Below are positions 60,831-64,000 of a stretch of DNA of 64,000 nt, piece by piece. The DNA is taken from positions 50,282,001 through 50,346,000 of the forward strand of contig NC_135817.1 of assembly GCF_964213995.1 (NCBI RefSeq). The letters are read 5' to 3'. The translations under genes were made by a program, and so were the position numbers. Below the pieces are notes generated by a model. The model saw only the letters and a list, made by a program, of their open reading frames with translations, was not told where the DNA came from and did not search any database. Numbering within the stretch: the first letter of the stretch is position 1; the number at the start of each line of letters is the position of its first letter. Origin of the DNA: Mustelus asterias. Lineage: Eukaryota.

Positions 60831-63800
60831 CCAAGGCTTCATAGAGAAATGTACTGTGAGTTGATTGATCTGGTAAAAAGGCCACTGTAGTTTGCTGGAA
60901 TCAGCCAATGGGTTAAAACTTTTGAGCTGTGATTGCTTTCTCTGCAGCAGTGAGAGCTGCCCGTATTATGGACCTTGGTTTAAAATGTGGCTACAACAAC
61001 AGAGCTTCTCCTAGCTTCATGTCTGAAGTGTAAGCCTCTGGTTTACAGGCCTCAATATTATCCCCATCACCAACCAACACCACCCTTAACTGGACAGGAG
61101 AAGTGAGGGAGAGTTCAATTAACGATGAGCAAGATGTTGGATATCAATGAGTCACTGACTTAACAATTTAAATCAGGTTCTCACACTGCAGTGCTCCCTG
61201 GTAAATATCAGGGTCACAGCTTCTGTGAACAGCCCTGAAAGTGCACGTTATGTAGAGATCCTCTCCTGGATCCTGGATGGGTACTATCTTGATTCTTCAG
61301 CTCCCCTCTGAAGGTACCTGATCAATCTGGCTTCCCTTGTTCATCTTTCTCTACGGTATATGATGTCTCTGACTCATACAGTATTATGTACATCTGGAAT
61401 ATAACCATACAACACATGTATCCTGTTTCATTTCCAATATTGTTTAATTCAATCTTTTTCATCTGCTTACCACAAGAATAAAATCATAAGAAAGGAATCT
61501 TTCTAACATTATTGTAAAATTTCAATTATTATAGGCTGCTGACTTTACAGGCCACTGTGATACCTCCTTTGGAAATTGTTTGCAAACTAAACTAACCTTT
61601 GGCATGGTTGAGGAATGCCCTCCCACTAACAATTTTTAATTTGAAATGTCTACAGAGCTTAATCCTCTCAGTTTCTGCCCTGTTTGATTAACGCTGTGTG
61701 TAGTTTTAGTTTGACTTCATGAGTACTGTATTCAGCAATTCTAATTTGGGCTTTGGCCAACCAGGTACAATCTAAAATGTACTGTCTTGAATGTGCAACC
61801 AAGAAGAGCAGGAGTGGCCTCTCCTACCTCCACAAAAGCTCCCACTACTTCCTGACATGATGGACATCACAGCCTAATCTTGAATCTTTCTTCGCCAGAG
61901 AGCTGCCTGCTATTGTGTGCAGCTTGCTATCTTGATGGAATTGAGCCCCTCGGTCCAATATCTGATGTGTCTTGGGGCTTGTCCTTCAGGTGCTGGGGTG
62001 GATCCCTGCACCCTCCATGGGCTTAAAAGCGGGGGTGTCCAAATTTCCAGACGATGATGTCTTTTGCTAGACTGACTTACCAACCACCAGAACTAACATA
62101 GCTTGCATTGCTGTCATAATATTTCCAAGAAAATAACATGTTACTGGTAGCACCCTTGATAACATAGTGAGTGATTTCAGTTGGTGATTGATCCATGCAA
62201 ACCAGATCAGTGCTTGGTTTGCACTGAGTTATCCAGGTAGCAAGTAAACCTCAGTGTACTTGAGTTAATGAGAGGAAAGTCAATCAGGGTTCTGATTGCT
62301 GATTACTATCCCACCCACCTGCTGGAAGTACTTGTGGGTGAGCGATATTGGACAGTTACCGGTCTGCTGACAGTCACTAGCAAGGAACTGAATGGACACT
62401 GAGGGGGGGAAGCAGGATGGGGGAAGATATTGAAGGGCACTGTTCTAATTATTGCCCATCCCCAATTTTCACTCCCACCAATGGTGGTCATACCTTCATC
62501 TTCATGGCTCTAAGCTCTGGATTTTATTCCTAAACCTCTCCGCCTCTTCTCCTTTAAGACATCCCTTAAAGTCTACCTCTTTGTCCAAGTTTTTGGTCAC
62601 CATTCCTATGTGGTTTATATTGAATTTTTTTAAATCATGTTCCTGTGAAGTGCACTTGAAAGTGTGAATATATTAAAGGCACCATCTATTGTTGTGGCAT
62701 CATGTCCTAGGAGAGTCAATATTTTCGGGACGCAAAGGCTGAGGAAAAACGTAGGTTAGATATTCATGAAATTAATATCTTAATAAAATCATCATAAGCT
62801 AACGATGCTTCCATCATCCACTGCGGACTTAGTCAGCCATTAGAGACCGTCCCACCCACCACTGGAATCGTAAGTGAGGGGTGGACCATGCAAAGGTCCG
62901 TTGACCTTTGGCAGGATTTTCCGGCTTTGGGGCAAGCGTGGCCAGAAGATCCTGCCCTTGATCACTGTTTAAAAAATGTTCAAATAGATAGAATTAATAC
63001 ATCTTAACTTTTAAAAAATAAAGATATGAGATACCAGCCTACATTTTCAAAGCAGGTGTAAGCTCAATTGGCACCCGAAATGGGAACAAAATCAGGTTCT
63101 GCTGCTGGATGCACAATCTGGTCTGTTTTCTATCTTTCTGTTGTTCACTCTTCCTCAAAAATAACATTACAAGGAGATTCCCATGGAAAACTCCCGGTGG
63201 TACTTTGTTGTGTGGACAGTATAGTTACCTTCAGGGACAAACAAGAAGAAACGCAGTTGAAAAAGGTGTGACATCTCCTTTCAGTCTTCAGTCAGGGTTC
63301 ACTAAAAGTACATCTTTCAATAACTCAATCCTTGTTAATCTGGAATGTCCAATTACATAGCTGGGTGGATTATTCAGCAATAACCCAGCAGGGACACAGG
63401 AAGAATGAATAGCAAATGTCACGTGCAGTTTATTTACATATTGAAGCTGCCCACTGGTGACTGCTACAGACAGCTGAAGTAAATGCCACCGGAAAATTGG
63501 ATGTAACACACAACAAAGCAGAAAGCTGTTATAACAGATGCTGGATTTAGTTTGCAGTCAGTCTTCTCCAATTTACTCTTTCAGTGAACCTGAGTGCAAA
63601 AGCTAAATTAAGTTTAAGCATGTAACTGAATTAGTTTGCAAATTACAGTGCAATACAAGCCAGGATGGTTGTGTATGTATACAATATACATGCACGTGCA
63701 TTTTGATTAGGAAAAGCTGTGCATGGACCCGTGAGCAGAGACTCTGTAGTCAAATATTTATGACCACCCCTTCAACCTTGTTATCGCACATGGTCTTGCC

Positions 63801-64000
63801 AGTCCCACTGTATCGATCACAGAGAAGGCCGTCTCTGATCGCTTCCTTGTATCACTCTACATCCACATCCTTCTTCCATACCCCAACCTTCCTTCTGTTT
63901 CTGTCCTAGATTCACTTGCAGCATCATTTTCAAAATCCTAACTGTCTAGCCGTTGGCCCTCTTTACCTTAACATTTCTGTAGTTACTGATTTGCTCAACA

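Noticed and set aside
62160-62400. Possible ancient SINE remnant
   Set aside because: Too degenerate to assign or delimit by eye.

Overview
Eukaryotic genomic DNA from a cartilaginous fish, most likely a shark. The evidence is HE1/V-SINE-type SINEs, abundant CR1 LINEs, Penelope-like inserts and vertebrate genes. The window holds a complete + strand ATG3 gene: 11 coding exons from 4693 to 38337, 951 nt / 316 aa, with a CpG-island promoter and a U12-type last intron. It also holds the first three coding exons of a coagulation factor V-like gene (53678-54381, +), whose remaining exons I could not find in the window. Upstream of ATG3 are two oppositely oriented arrays of the same 22-bp minisatellite. 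Most of the rest is transposon-derived: a near full-length CR1 LINE with an intact ORF2, many CR1/L2/Rex1/RTE/Gypsy fragments, SINEs with two different tails, MITEs, and three Penelope-like inverted inserts with hammerhead-ribozyme cores. The most unusual signal is a pair of U2 snRNA-derived elements (9667-9896 and 54429-54577, both - strand). They keep U2-like structure but have the branch-point recognition sequence replaced by different stem-loop inserts. All alignments to known families were done by eye from memory; no database search was run.
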